From: Scenedesmus sp. PABB004
Taxonomy: Eukaryota
NCBI GenBank assembly: GCA_014905635.1
Contig: JABVCE010000014.1
Span: forward strand, 744,001-808,000
Length of the DNA: 64,000 nucleotides
Direction of reading: 5' to 3'
The notes beneath the pieces are model-generated. The model saw nothing but the letters and a program-made list of their open reading frames with translations. It was not told where the DNA came from and searched no databases. Position numbers and translations under genes: made by a program. Below are positions 44,000 through 56,080 of the stretch, piece after piece. Each line of letters begins with the position of its first letter. Position 1 is the stretch's first letter.

Positions 44000-46900
44000 G
44001 CCGGCGGCAACCCGTTTGCGCGCAAGCGCGGCGCCGACGCGGCCACGCCCGCGGCGGCGCCGGCGGCCAAGACCTTTGCGCGCGGCGCGAGGCCCGCGGC
44101 GGCGCCGCCGTCCACGGGCGGCGCGCCTGCCGCGGCTGGCGCCGTGAAGCAGGAGCCGGCGCAGTCGTTCAGCTTTGCCGCCGCCGCGGCGAGCGCCGCC
44201 GCGCGGCGCGACGACGACGACGGCGCCGCGGCCGGCGGCGCCGGCGCCGAGGAGCAGGAGTTCTCCTTTGCCCTGCCCGGCGGCGCCGAGCCGGAGGCGC
44301 TGCCGGAGGACCCGTTCGAGCCCGGGGCGGCCGGGCCGGGCGGGGACGCCGCGGACACGCCCGCCGACGTGCCGCCCGCCGACGACGCGCCGGCGGCGGC
44401 GGCGCCGCCGCGGCGGTTTGCCGACGACGTGCCGGCGTGCCCCGACGCCGCGGCGTGCCCAGCGACCGGCTGGCTGGAGGTCTACGGCTCCGACCTGCCG
44501 CCCGGCGGGGCGCCGCCCGGCGGCGACGCCGGCGGCGCGGCGGCCAGCCCCGCGGCCGACGGCGCCGCCGGCGGCGAGGCCCGCGACGCGGGCGACGCGC
44601 ACGCGGCGGCGCCGGCCGAGGGCGAGGGCGGGGGCGAGGAGGTTCCCTTCTTCTTCCTGGACGCCTATGACAGCCCCGACAGGCCGGGTGCGCGCGCGCG
44701 AGCGCGGGGTTGGGATGGGGGCAGGGTTGGGGGCAGCGCCCGCGCTCGTGCGGCGCGGCGCGGCGCCGGCCCCGCGGCCCCGCCTCGCCCCACGCGCCCC
44801 GTCCCCGCCCGCGCCCGGTCCCCGCCCCGCCCACGCAGACACGCTCTTCCTGTTCGGCAAGGTCGCCGCCGACCCCGGCGCGCCCGGCACGCCCGGCGCG
44901 GCGGCCGCCGCGCCGCGCAGCCCCGGCGGCGCCGGCGGCGGTACGGCCGGCTGGGCGTCGTGCTGCGTCGTGGTGCCCAACCTGCACCGCAGCGTGCTCG
45001 CCGTGCCGCGGCCGGAGGTCTTTGATGACGCCGACGGCGCGATCGCGGCCGCCGAGGCGGCCGCCGCGGCCGACCCGGCGGCGCGCATGGCGCTGCTGCA
45101 GCTGCTGCACGGCCGCTGCGGCGGGCTCAAGGCCGAGCTGCGCGAGCTGTGCGTGCGGCACGGCATCAAGACGATGCGTGTCGTCCCCGTCAAGCGCAGC
45201 TACGCGTTTGAGGACCCCGCCATCCCCACGCGCGAGCAGTGGGTGCTCAAGGTGTGACATGACATTCCCCGCGGCGGCGGCGCACCGCGGCGCGCGGCGC
45301 GGCGGGCGCTCTCGCGGAGGGGGCTCTCTGCGCGCGGCCCTCACCCCGCCGCCGCCGCCGCCGTGGCCGCCGCGGGGCGCGCGCGCAGATCCGCTACCCC
45401 GCGTCGCTGCCGGCGCTGCCGCTGGGCGTGAGCGGGGAGCACTTTGTCGCGCTCGCGGGCGCGCAGACGAGCGCGCTGGAGGCGCTGCTGATTAAGCGCG
45501 GCCTGCGCGGCCCCGGCTGGGCGACGCTGCGCGCGCCCGTGCGGCGCGAGGGCGCGCAGATGGTGCGGCCGCGCCCGCGGCGGCCGCGGCGGCGCTGCCG
45601 CACACATGTTGGCGCGTCGGCGGCTGGCTGCCGGCCGTCGGCGCTGCGCGCGCCCGCGGCCGCGCATCGCCCCAACCACCCTCACCCGCCCACCGCCGCC
45701 GCCGCCGCGGCGGCGCGCGCAGGTGAGCTGGTGCCGCACGGAGTACGTGCTCGCCAACGCCAAGGCGCTGTCGCCGGCGGCGCCGGGCAGCGCGCTCGCG
45801 GCGCGGCCGCCGCCGCCGCTGACCGTGGCGGCGCTCAACCTGCGGCTGCACACGGACCCCAAGTCGCGGCAGCAGGAGATCCTCGCGGCGAGCGTGGTGC
45901 ACCTCTCGGGTGCGCGGCGCTGCGCGCCGGAGCGGCCGCGCGGCCGCGCGGCCGTGGCGCTCGCTCCAGCCAATGCCGACGCTGCGCCCACGCCCGGCGC
46001 CGCCGCCCGCGCCCGCAGGCGTCGGCATGGACGCCCCGACGCCGCGCGCCGTGTGGGGCAGCCCGACGGCGCTGCGCAACTTCACCATCGTTCGCAAGCT
46101 CGACAACCGGCCCTGGCCGCCGGGTGCGGACCCCCCTGGCACGGCGGGCGCGCGCGGCCGCCGCCGCTCGGAATAGAGGGCGGGGGCCCTGGACGGCGGG
46201 CGCGCCCCTCCCGCGCGCTCGAGTCCGCGCCCGCTCGCCCCCGCCCTCACCCGCGCCGCGCCCGCTCGCCCGTCGCTCGCCGGCCGCAGGCTTTGAGGCG
46301 CTCGTCGCGTCCGACAACGCGACGCCGCGCGGCGCGCTCAACGGCGGCGCGATGCTGGCGACCGCGCCCAACGAGCGCGCGCTGCTCGGCTGCCTGCTCG
46401 CGCGCCTCGCCGCGCTCGACGCCGACGTGCTGGTGGGGCACAACATCGGGGCCTACGAGCTGCCCATCCTCCTCGGCCGCCTCCAGGCGCACAAGGTCGG
46501 CGCGGCGCCGCGCCGCGCAGCACCGCGCCGCGCTGGTCCTTCCATCCCGCGCGCGCGTCGGCGGGGCCCCGCGGCGGCCGCCCGACCCGCCGCGCGCCGC
46601 GCGCCGCGCGCCGCGCGCCGCCGCCGCGCTCGCTCTCGCGCAGGTGCAGCTGTGGAGCCGCGTCGGCCGGCTCAAGCGCAGCGCCTTCCCCAAGCTCACG
46701 GGCGGCGGGCACACGTTTGGCGGCGGCGCGGGCCCCGGCGTGATGTCGGCGCTCGCCGGCCGCCTGCTGTGTGACACCTACCTCTCGGGTGCGCGCCCGC
46801 ACGAGACCTCTGCGGGCGCCCCCGCACGAGGGCTCCCGCGCCCCCGCGCCCCCGCGAGCTCCCGCCCGCCGCCCGCCGCGCCCGCTCACCCTCCCGCCCT

Positions 46901-47180
46901 CTCCCACCCTCTCTCGCCCGCCGCGCAGCGCGCGAGCTCGTGCGTGAGGTGGACTACACGCTGAAGACGCTCGCGCGCTCGCTGCTCGGCCAGGACCGCG
47001 CCGAGGTGCCCGCGGCCGACGTGCCCGCGCGCTACGACGGCGCGGCGGGGCTGCGCCAGCTGCTGCTGCTTGGCGAGAGCGACGCGTGGCTCGCGCTCGG
47101 GCTCGCGTTCCAGCTCTCGGGTGCGCCGCAGCAGCGCGCCGCACCGTCTGCACGCCTGCCGTCTGCGCGCCGCCGTCTGC

Positions 47181-47211
<31 letters not shown>

Positions 47212-48700
47212 TGCGCGTCACCCCCGCCGCGCGCGCGCCGCGCAGTCCTGCCGCTGACGAAGCAGCTGAGCGTCGTGTCGGGCAGCCTGTGGAGCCGCAC
47301 GCTGCAGGGCGCGCGCGCGGCGCGCATCGAGATGCTGCTGCTGCATGAGTTCCACGCCCGCAAGTTCATCCTGCCCGACCGCCTCACCGCGCGCGACCGC
47401 GCCGCGCTCGCGGCGGCCAAGGCCGGCGGGCGGCGGCGGCGGCGGCGGCGGCAGGCAGGCCCGCGCCAGCGGCGCCGGCGAGGAGGAGGAGGTGGGTGTG
47501 GGTGCGCGGGCGCGTCGCGCGCGGCGCGGCCGGGCGCCCCGGCCGCGCGCCGCTCACCGCCGCCGCCGCCGCCGCGCCACGCGCGCGCAGCACGACGGCC
47601 CGCCGCCGCCCGACGACGACGCCGACGGCGACGACGCCGGCGCCGGCGACGGCGCCGCGCCCGGCGCGTCCGCGCCCGCGCCCGGCGCGGGGCTGAGCAA
47701 GCGCGCGGGCGGCAAGGGCCCGCAGTACGCCGGCGGGCTCGTGCTGGAGCCCAAGCGCGGCCTGTACGACAGCTACGTGATCATGCTGGACTTCAACAGC
47801 CTCTACCCCTCCATCATACAGGCGCGTTACTTTTTGCGTTACGTCACGTCATGTTTGGCGTCACATGCCGCCGCCGCCGCCGCGCGCACGTGCTCGCACC
47901 TATCCGCACGCTCACCCGCCCGCCCCGCCCCGCCCCGCCCCTCGCACAGGAGTTTAACATCTGCTTCACGACCGTCAAGCGCCCCGCCGGCGGCGGCGTG
48001 CCCGAGCTGCCGGGCGGCGCTGACGCGGGCGGCGGCCCCGGCGGGCTCGCGCCGCTGCCGACCGTGATCCAGGGCCTCGTCCGCAAGCGGCGGGAGGTCA
48101 AGGCACAGATGAAGCTCTGCAGGCGCGGCGCCGGCGGGCAGGCAGCGCGCGGGCCCGCGCGCGGGCGGGCCGGCTTGCTGCGCGGCGCTCCGCGCCGCGC
48201 CGCCGTGCCTGGCCTCACGGGCGCGCCGCCGCCGCGCGGCGCCGCAGGGACCCGGTGCTGCTGCAGCAGCTCACGATCCGGCAGCAGGCGCTGAAGCTCA
48301 CCGCCAACTCCATGTACGGCTGCCTCGGCTTCTCCAACAGCAGGTGCGGCCGCTGTCGGCGCTGCACTCGGCTCGCCCGGCAGCGCCGCGGCGCCCCGCC
48401 CCGCCCGACGCCGCCCGCCGCCGCCGCCGCCGCCGCCGCCGCGCAGGTTCTTTGCGCGCCCGCTGGCGGAGCTCATCACGAGCCAGGGCCGCGACATCCT
48501 GCAGTCGACCGTCAACCTGGTGCAGGACCTGGGCGTGCCGGGGCTCGAGGTGCGCGCCAGCGCAGCCGCCCGCCGCTGCCCCGCCCTGCTGCCCCGCGCG
48601 CGGCCACTGCGTTTGCCCCCGGCGCAGCGCGGCGGCAGCATCGGCGCCCACGCCACGTCGCCCCGTCGCTGCCGCCGCTGCCGCCGCCGCCGCCGCCGCC

Positions 48701-48732
<32 letters not shown>

Positions 48733-51604
48733 CGCCGCCGCCGCCGCTGCCGCTGCCGCCGCTGCCGCTGCCTCTGCCGCCGCTGCCGCTGCCGCTGCCG
48801 CCGCCGCCAGGTGATCTACGGCGACACCGACTCCATCATGATCCACACCGCCACGACCGACTACGACGCCGCCGAGGCGCTCGGGGCGCGCATCAAGGCG
48901 GCGGTCAACAAGCGCTACAGGCGCGGCGGCGGCGCCAGCGCCGGCGCCGGCGGCGGCTGCGCGCCCGCTGCGCGCCCGTGCGGCCGCCCGCCCGTCGCGC
49001 CCGTCGCGCCGCTTTGGCTGACCGCGCCCGGCGTCTGACACGCGCGACTGCCCTGCAGGCTGCTTGAGATTGAGCTCGACGCCGTGTACCGCAGCATGCT
49101 GCTGCTGAAGAAGAAAAAGTACGCCGCGGTCAAGGTGCGCCGCGCGCGGCCCTGCTAGGGCTGCGCTCCCGCGCGCGCCCGGCCGCGCCGCGCGCGGGGC
49201 CAGCACCCACCGGCGCGCCGACGCCGGCGCGTGCGGCGCGCGCGCAGATCGAGCGCGGCCCCGGCGGCGTGCTGTCGGAGGCGCTGGAGGCGAAGGGCCT
49301 CGACATGGTGCGCCGCGACTGGTGCCCGCTCTCCAAGGACACCGGCAACTACGCGCTGCAGCAGATCCTCTCGGGTGCGCCGCCGCCGGCCGGCCACGGC
49401 GCCCGCTGCCGCCGCGCCCGCCCGCGCCGCGCCCGCCCGCGCGCCCCGCCCGCGGCTCACGCGCGCCGCCGGGCCCCCGGCCGGCCGGCAGGCAAGCCCA
49501 AGGCCGAGGTGGTGGAGGCGGTGCACGAGAAGCTGCGCTCCGTCGGCGCGGCGCTGCGGCGCGGGGAGCTGCCGCTCGGTGCGTTTGTGATCACCAAGCA
49601 GCTCACCAAGCGCCCCGAGGACTACCCCGACGCGCGCGCGCAGCCGCACGTGCAGGTGCGGCGGGCGCCGCAGGGTGCCGCGCGCGGCGCGGCGCGGCGC
49701 GGCGTCAGGGGCCGGGCGCGGTGTTGTGGGCAGGGCGAGGCCGCGGCGCAGCGTGGCGCCGCGCGCGAGCGACCCCGCCCGCCCGCCCGCCCGGCTGTGC
49801 CGCAGGTCGCGCTGCGCCGGCGCGCGGCGGGCAAGCGCGACGGCGTCATGCCGGGGGAGACGGTGCCGTACGTCATCTGCCTGCGCCTCTCGCCGGAGCA
49901 GCAGGCGGCGGCCGCGGCGTCGCCGGCACCGGCGGCGGCCGAGGCGGGCGGCGGGGCGGAGCCGATGCAGGCGGACGGCGAGCAGCCCGCGGCGGCGGCC
50001 GCGGCGCAGCCGGCGGCGTCGCCCCCGGCCGTCGGCGACGGCCAGGCCAGCCCGGCGGCGGCGGGCGGCGGCGAGCAGCCGCCGGCGAGCCCCGGCGCGC
50101 CCGCGAGCCCCGGCGCGCCCGCGAGCCCCGCCGCCACGCCGAGCGGCGGCGCCGGCGGCGGCGGCAGCGGCGGCGTGCGCACGGCGGGCGGCGGCGGCGG
50201 CGGCGGCGGCATCGCGGAGCGCGCGTTCCACCCGGACGAGCTGCGCGCCGACCCCAGCCTCGTGGTGGACGCCGACTACTACCTGGCGCAGCAGGTGCTG
50301 CCCGTGGTGGTGCGCCTGTGCGCGCCGATCGAGGTGCGGCGCGCGCGAGGGCGCGCAGGCGCTGCACGCGGGCGCGACGCGCGACGCGGCGGCTGACCGG
50401 CGCCGCTGGCCGCGCGCCGCCGCCACCGTCGCCGCCTTGCGCACAGGGCACCAACGGGGGCCACCTGGCGCAGTGCCTCGGCCTCGACGCGTCGCGCTAC
50501 GGCGGCGGCGGCGGCGGCGGCAGCAGCATGGCGGCGGCGCTGCGGGAGGAGGCGATGCAGGTGACCGGCAGCCTGCTGGACGACGACACGCACTACGCCA
50601 AGTGCGAGCCGCTGCGGCTCACCAGCGCCAACGCGACGAGCTGGGAGTTTTGTGGCGTGCGCGCGGCGCTCAAGTGCGTGGCAGGGGGCGGAGGCGCGGC
50701 CGGCCTGGCGCTGCACGGCCGCCGGGCCGGTCACTGACGCCCGGCCCCCGCGCCGCGCCGCCCCGCCGCGCAGGAACAGCGTGCCCGGCAGCGCGCTGCT
50801 CACGCCGCCGGACGCGGTCGCCGACCCTGCTGCGGAGCTCACCGCCGCGCAGCTCGCCAACCAGGCAGTGCTCGCGGCGCGGCGCGCGATCGTCAAGTGC
50901 GCGCGCGACGCGCTCTGCCGCGCCGCGCGCTCGCGCGCTCGCGCGCACCGCGTGCTCACGCGCCCCGCCCCTCCCGCCGCCCTTGCCGCGCCGCGCCGCG
51001 CCAGGTATTACGACGGCCAGCTGGTGTCGGACGACGAGATGGCGCCCGCGGGCGCCGACTGCCGCGACGTCGTGCTCGCGCCGCCGCCGCCCGAGGCGCC
51101 GCCCGGCGCGCTGCCCAAGCCCGGCGGCGGCGGCGTGCTGCTGTCGCGCGCTTACACCGAGGGCCAGCTGTACACCCAGGTGCGGCGCCGGCGCCACGCC
51201 AGCTGACGCTGCGTCCTGCAAGGGCCCGCGCCGCGCGCGTCCTGCGAGCGCGCGCGCCCTGCGAGCGCGCCCGCCGCCCCGCGCCCGTGCCCGTGCCCAC
51301 GCGCGCGCGCCCCCGCCCGCGCGCGCAGCTGAGCTACCTGGTGCGCCTGCTGGACGTCAAGGCCGCGGTCGCGGTGCTGCCTGACAAAGCGCGGCGCGAC
51401 GCCGCGGCCGCGGCGCTCGCGAGCGGCGCGGGCGCGGTCCCCGCGGCCGCGTCGCTCGCGGCCGCGGCGGCAGCGGTGTCGCGGCTGCGCGACGCGTGCG
51501 CGTATCGCTGGGTCGACCTGGGGCAGCTGTTCGGCCGCCTGCGCGCGGGCGGCCCGGCCGGCGGCGGCGCGCCGCCCGCCGCGCCCGCGCTGCGCGTGGC
51601 GTGA
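43016..51604 (+). CDS. POLA1: DNA polymerase alpha catalytic subunit (B family), multi-exon
   Basis: N-terminal [90 protein letters not shown] (region II), [17 protein letters not shown] (III), [10 protein letters not shown] (I), [31 protein letters not shown] and YYLAQQVLP. Confidence 0.96.
48668..48807. repeat. (GCC/GCT)n trinucleotide tract, intronic
   Basis: A ~140 bp GCC/GCT array directly before the acceptor of the VIYGDTDS exon. Confidence 0.9.
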
Positions 51605-52109
51605 CGCGCGGTTGCGGCGGCAGGGGACGGGCGGCGCGGGCGGGCGGTAACTCCGGCCGGCGTTGTGTGCGCGCGGCTCGCGCGCAGCCCGGGCGGCGAG
51701 GGGCGGCCCGCGCACCGAACGCGGGCCGGCGGCGCCCTGCCGCCGCCGCCGCCGGCGGCGCCCTGCCGCCGCCGCCGCCGGCGGCGTGGCCCTGGCCGCG
51801 AGCAGTGGAGCTCTCCCGCGCTCGCCTGCGCGGGAGTCGGTGGGCGGCTGCTGGAGCGCGGCGCGTGGGTGGGGGTCTCCCGACCAGCAGAGACCCGCGG
51901 TGCCCCGCCCCCACGCGCCGCCCCGCGCCCCACGCCCCCGCCCGGGCGTGCGCTGCGCATTCTTCGTTCCCTCGCTGGCCCCTCCGCGAGCTGCCGACCG
52001 CCGTTCGCGCCAGGCGGCCGACAGCAGTAGGCGCGTAGCGGCCGGACCCCCCCCCCCCGCGCGCCGCGGCCCGGCGGCCCTGCGGCGGCTGCGGAGGTGG
52101 TGCGGCGCG

Positions 52110-55100
52110 ATGTTTGACACCGCCATCGTGGGGCTGTGGGTGCCCGCGGTGGTGTTTGCCCACGTCTTCAGCGCCTACTGGTTCATCAGGACCGCCCTGG
52201 TCTACAATCCCGCCGCCTTCTCGCTCCGGCGACGCCCCCGGCCCTCCACGACCGGGCTGCCCGTCAAGGGCGGCGCGGCGGAGCCCGAGGACGAGCGCGC
52301 CGTGGAGGCGGTGCTGGCCGGCGCCAAGGGCAGCCTGAGCGGCGCGCCGCCCCTCATTCGTGAGTGCTGGGAGCTTGCAAGCCTCCCGGGCCGCGTGCCA
52401 GGGCGCCGGGGGCCGTGGGGCCGAGGCGGCCCGCGGCGTTGGCGCGCATCGCGCGGCCGGCCGCCCGACGCGCCCCCGGCGCGCGCCGCAGGCGCAAAGG
52501 TCGTCACCGAGAGCGAGGGCGACGGCTCGGCCGATGGCGGGCCCGGCAAGCGCCCCGGCGGGCGGGCGGCGGCGAGCGTGCAGCGCGTGCACCTGGAGTG
52601 GCAGCAGCTCTGCTGCAGCTACAGCGTCGGCGGCGCCAAGCTGGTGGTGCTGCAGGACGTCTGGGGCTCTGCGGCGCCGGGCGAGATGCAGGTGCGGCGG
52701 CGGCGCGAGCGGCGCGGGCGGCGCGAGCGGCGGCGGCGCGGGCGGCGCGAGCGGCGGCGGCGCGGGCGGCGCGCGCGGCGGCGCGCGGCGGCGCGGGCAG
52801 CCGCCAGCGGCCAGCGCGGCCGGCGCAGCGCAGGCTGGCGGCCGCACAAGGCAGCGGGTGCCGGCCGCACGCTCCTGCAGCCGTGCTGGCGCTGCGCGGC
52901 CCGGCGCGCGCCGCCCACTGGCCCGCGCGCCTGCCTGGCGCCGCGCGCAGGCGCTGCTGGGTCCGAGCGGCGCGGGCAAGTCGACGCTGATGGACATCCT
53001 GGCGCAGCGCAAGAGCATGGGCAGTCTCAGCGGCTTCCTGCTGGTCAACGGCCGCCCCGCGGGCAGCAGCTTCATCCGCAAGACGGCCTACGTGCCCCAG
53101 GTGCGCGCCGGGCGCCGCGCGCAGCGCCCGCTGGCAGCGGCGGCGGCGGCGCCGACGGCGGCAGCAGCAGCAGCTCGGACGGCGGCAGTGCTGGACACAG
53201 CTGTGGCGGCAGCGGCGGCAGCTTGGTCAGCAGCACCGGCAGCGGCGGCGGCGGCGGCGGCGCTCACTTGCCCGCGCCGCCGCGGTCGCCTCCCCGCTGC
53301 CGCCGCTGGTGCCGCCGCCGCGCGCAGGACGACAACTTTGTCGCGACGATGACGACCGCCGAGACGATGGCCTTTTACGCGGACATCATCCTGCCCTCCA
53401 CCTGGACCAAGGCCGACCGCAAGGCGCGCGTGGCCGAGGTGCTGGCGGCCATGGGCCTGCGCCACAAGCACCGCACCATGGTCGGCGGCACGCTGCCGGG
53501 CGGCCTCATGCTGCGCGGCCTCAGCGGCGGCGAGCGCAAGCGGCTCAGCATCGCCGCGGGCATCCTGGCGGCGCCGAGCATTGTGTACCTGGACGAGCCG
53601 ACCAGCGGGCTGGACAGCTTCTCGGCGCTGACCGTGATGGGCTACCTGAAGCGCATGGCGCGCGACAACGGGCACGTGGTGATTGCCTCCATCCACCAGC
53701 CCCGCTCCGCCATCTGGTCCATGTTTGACAAGGTGCGGCGCGCAGCTCTGCCGTGCGGCGGCGGCGGCAGCAGCGGCGGCGGCAGCAGGCGACGGCAGCA
53801 GGCGGCGGCAGCAGCAGACGCCCGTGCGGCAGGCTGGCAGCCGGCCGGGCGCTGACGCGCGCGCGCACCCGCGCCCGCGCCCGCCTCCGCCGCTGCCGCC
53901 GCCCCGTGCAGGTGACGCTGCTGGCGAGCGGGCGGCTGATGTTCCACGGCGCGCGCGACGACCTGGTGCCCTGGTTTGGGCACCTGGGCTACGCGTACGA
54001 CCCCGCGCTGCACGGCGTGGCCTCGGACTGGGCGCTGGACCTGGTGGCCATCGGCTTCCACAAGCCCAAGCGCTTCTACGGCCACACCATCACCACCACC
54101 GAGGAGCTGGCGCGCGCGAGCAGCGAGTTTGTGGCCAGCTACGCCGCCGGGGTCGCGCCCTTTGCCGGCGGCAGCGGCAGCATGATCGGCTCCAAGTCGC
54201 TCGGCCAGAAGATGCAGGCGCGCGTCAACAAGCTCGTTGGCGCGCGTGCCAGCACCGGCGGCGTCGGCTCTGCCGTCATGCCGATGGCCAGCGACACCAG
54301 CAGCGACGGCGACGCTCTGGACTTCCCGAAGGACCTGGTGCCCGCGCTCGCGGCGCCGCGCGGCGGCGCGGACGCGCAGGTGCACGGCGCGCCGCCGCAG
54401 TCCAAGTGGGCGACCGGCTGGTGGCGCCAGTTTGCGTCGTGCTACTGCCGCGAGCTGCTCTCGATCACGCGCAACCCCGCCGACGTCGCTGGGCGCACGA
54501 TGACCTTTGCCTGGGTGGGCATCCTCATGGGCCTGCTCTACTACGGCATGCCCAGCGACGCGAGCAGCATCCGGGGGCGCCTCAACATGACCTTCAACAA
54601 CCTGGTCTTCTTCTGCCTCATGCCCTACGTCTCGATGAGCCTCTACTGCGCCGACAAGAAGTTTTACCTCGCCGACGCGAGCGCCAAGCTCTACCGCCCG
54701 CACGCGTACTACGCGGCCAAGGTGCTCGCCATCACGCCGTTCCACATCATCTCGGCGCTCGTCTTCACGTTCACCATCTACGGCATGACCGGCCTGCGCC
54801 CCGGCGGCCGCTTCATCCTGCAAAACGGCACCATCTCCACGCTGCTGCTGCTCATCTCGTCGCAGGTGCGGCGGCCAGCGGTCGTGCGGGCTGCGTTCTG
54901 CGCGATGCGCTACGCTGCACTGCGCTGCGCCGCGCGCCGCCGCGGCCTGAGCCCCGCGCCGCCGCGCCGCCGCGCCGCCGCGCCGCCGCGCCGCCGCCGC
55001 CAGGTGCTGCACGCGTGCGCGATCATCGCGCCCAACCAGGACGTCGCGTTCATGCTGAGCATCGTGTGGACGGCGGTGCAGCTGTTCTTCAGCAACTACT

Positions 55101-55480
55101 TCATCCTCTTCACGCAGGTCAAGCTCTCGGGCATCACCTTTTTCCGCTGGGGCTCGGCGCTCTGCTACGCGTTTGAGGGCATGCTCGTGACCGAGTTTGG
55201 CGGCATGCGCTACCGCTGCGACGGCGGGCTCGACGCCGCGTCGCTGAGCATGCTGCGCACGCTGCTGCCCGGCAACCGCTGGCTCAGCATGCCCGCCGTC
55301 GTGGCGGGGCTCGAGCGCCCCGGCGCCGACTGCGTCGCCGACACCGACGCGGTGCTGGACTACTACGGCTTCCGCCAGCCCTTCACCCACACCTTTGGCA
55401 TCCTGCTCGGCTACCTCGCCGTCTGCCACGCCGCGACGTACGCGGCGATGATCGCCGTCGCGCGCCACGAGCGCCGCTGA
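52110..55480 (+). CDS. ABCG (White-type) half transporter, paralogue A, multi-exon
   Basis: Walker [11 protein letters not shown]-loop AYVPQ|DD, signature [12 protein letters not shown], Walker [19 protein letters not shown], and a C-terminal ABC2 membrane domain. There is an extra N-terminal TM segment. Confidence 0.93.
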
Positions 55481-56080
55481 GCGGGAGCGCCGCCGGGCGG
55501 CCGCGCGCTCGGGGGAACGGCGCGGCGGCGGCGCGCGGGGCACGCGCGGCGTGCGCAGCGTGCGCGGCGTGCGCGCGTGATCTGTCAATCCTCGGCCGCT
55601 GATCAGCAAACCCAATCTTGCGTGTGCGCGTGCTCCCCGGCGTGCCCGGCGGCGCCTGTGCATGCGGCGCGGGCGGCGCACCGGGGAGGGGAGCGGGCCT
55701 TCTTTCACGACGGGACTGCCTTGGAGGGGTGTGCGACCAACGGCAGCCACGCTCCGCTCGCGGCAGCGGCCGGCGGCGGTTCTGCGCGCCCCCAGCCCGC
55801 ACACTCGCCGCAGCCGCCTGGTGCCACACTCTGCGCTCGCCTGCGCCACGCCGCACACACACGCCAGTTCGGACTGTGCAGCGCCCGTCCGCGCCCCCCG
55901 GCCGCCTGGTCGCTGCAGCGCCGCGTGCTCCGGCGCCCTCGCCCTCATCCGCTGCCGCCCCGCAGCCTCGCCCAGCCCGCCCGGCCGCGAGGAGGCGGCG
56001 CCGCCGCCGCTGCTCGCGCCCGCGCCGCGCCGCCCGCCGCGGCCGCGCCTGGCCCCGGGCCCGCCTGCAGCGCCGCGCCC

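Noticed and set aside
43016..51604. Viral or Polinton-type B-family polymerase mobilising the repeat cassette
   Set aside because: The motifs, N-terminus, CTD and many spliceosomal introns identify it as cellular Pol alpha.
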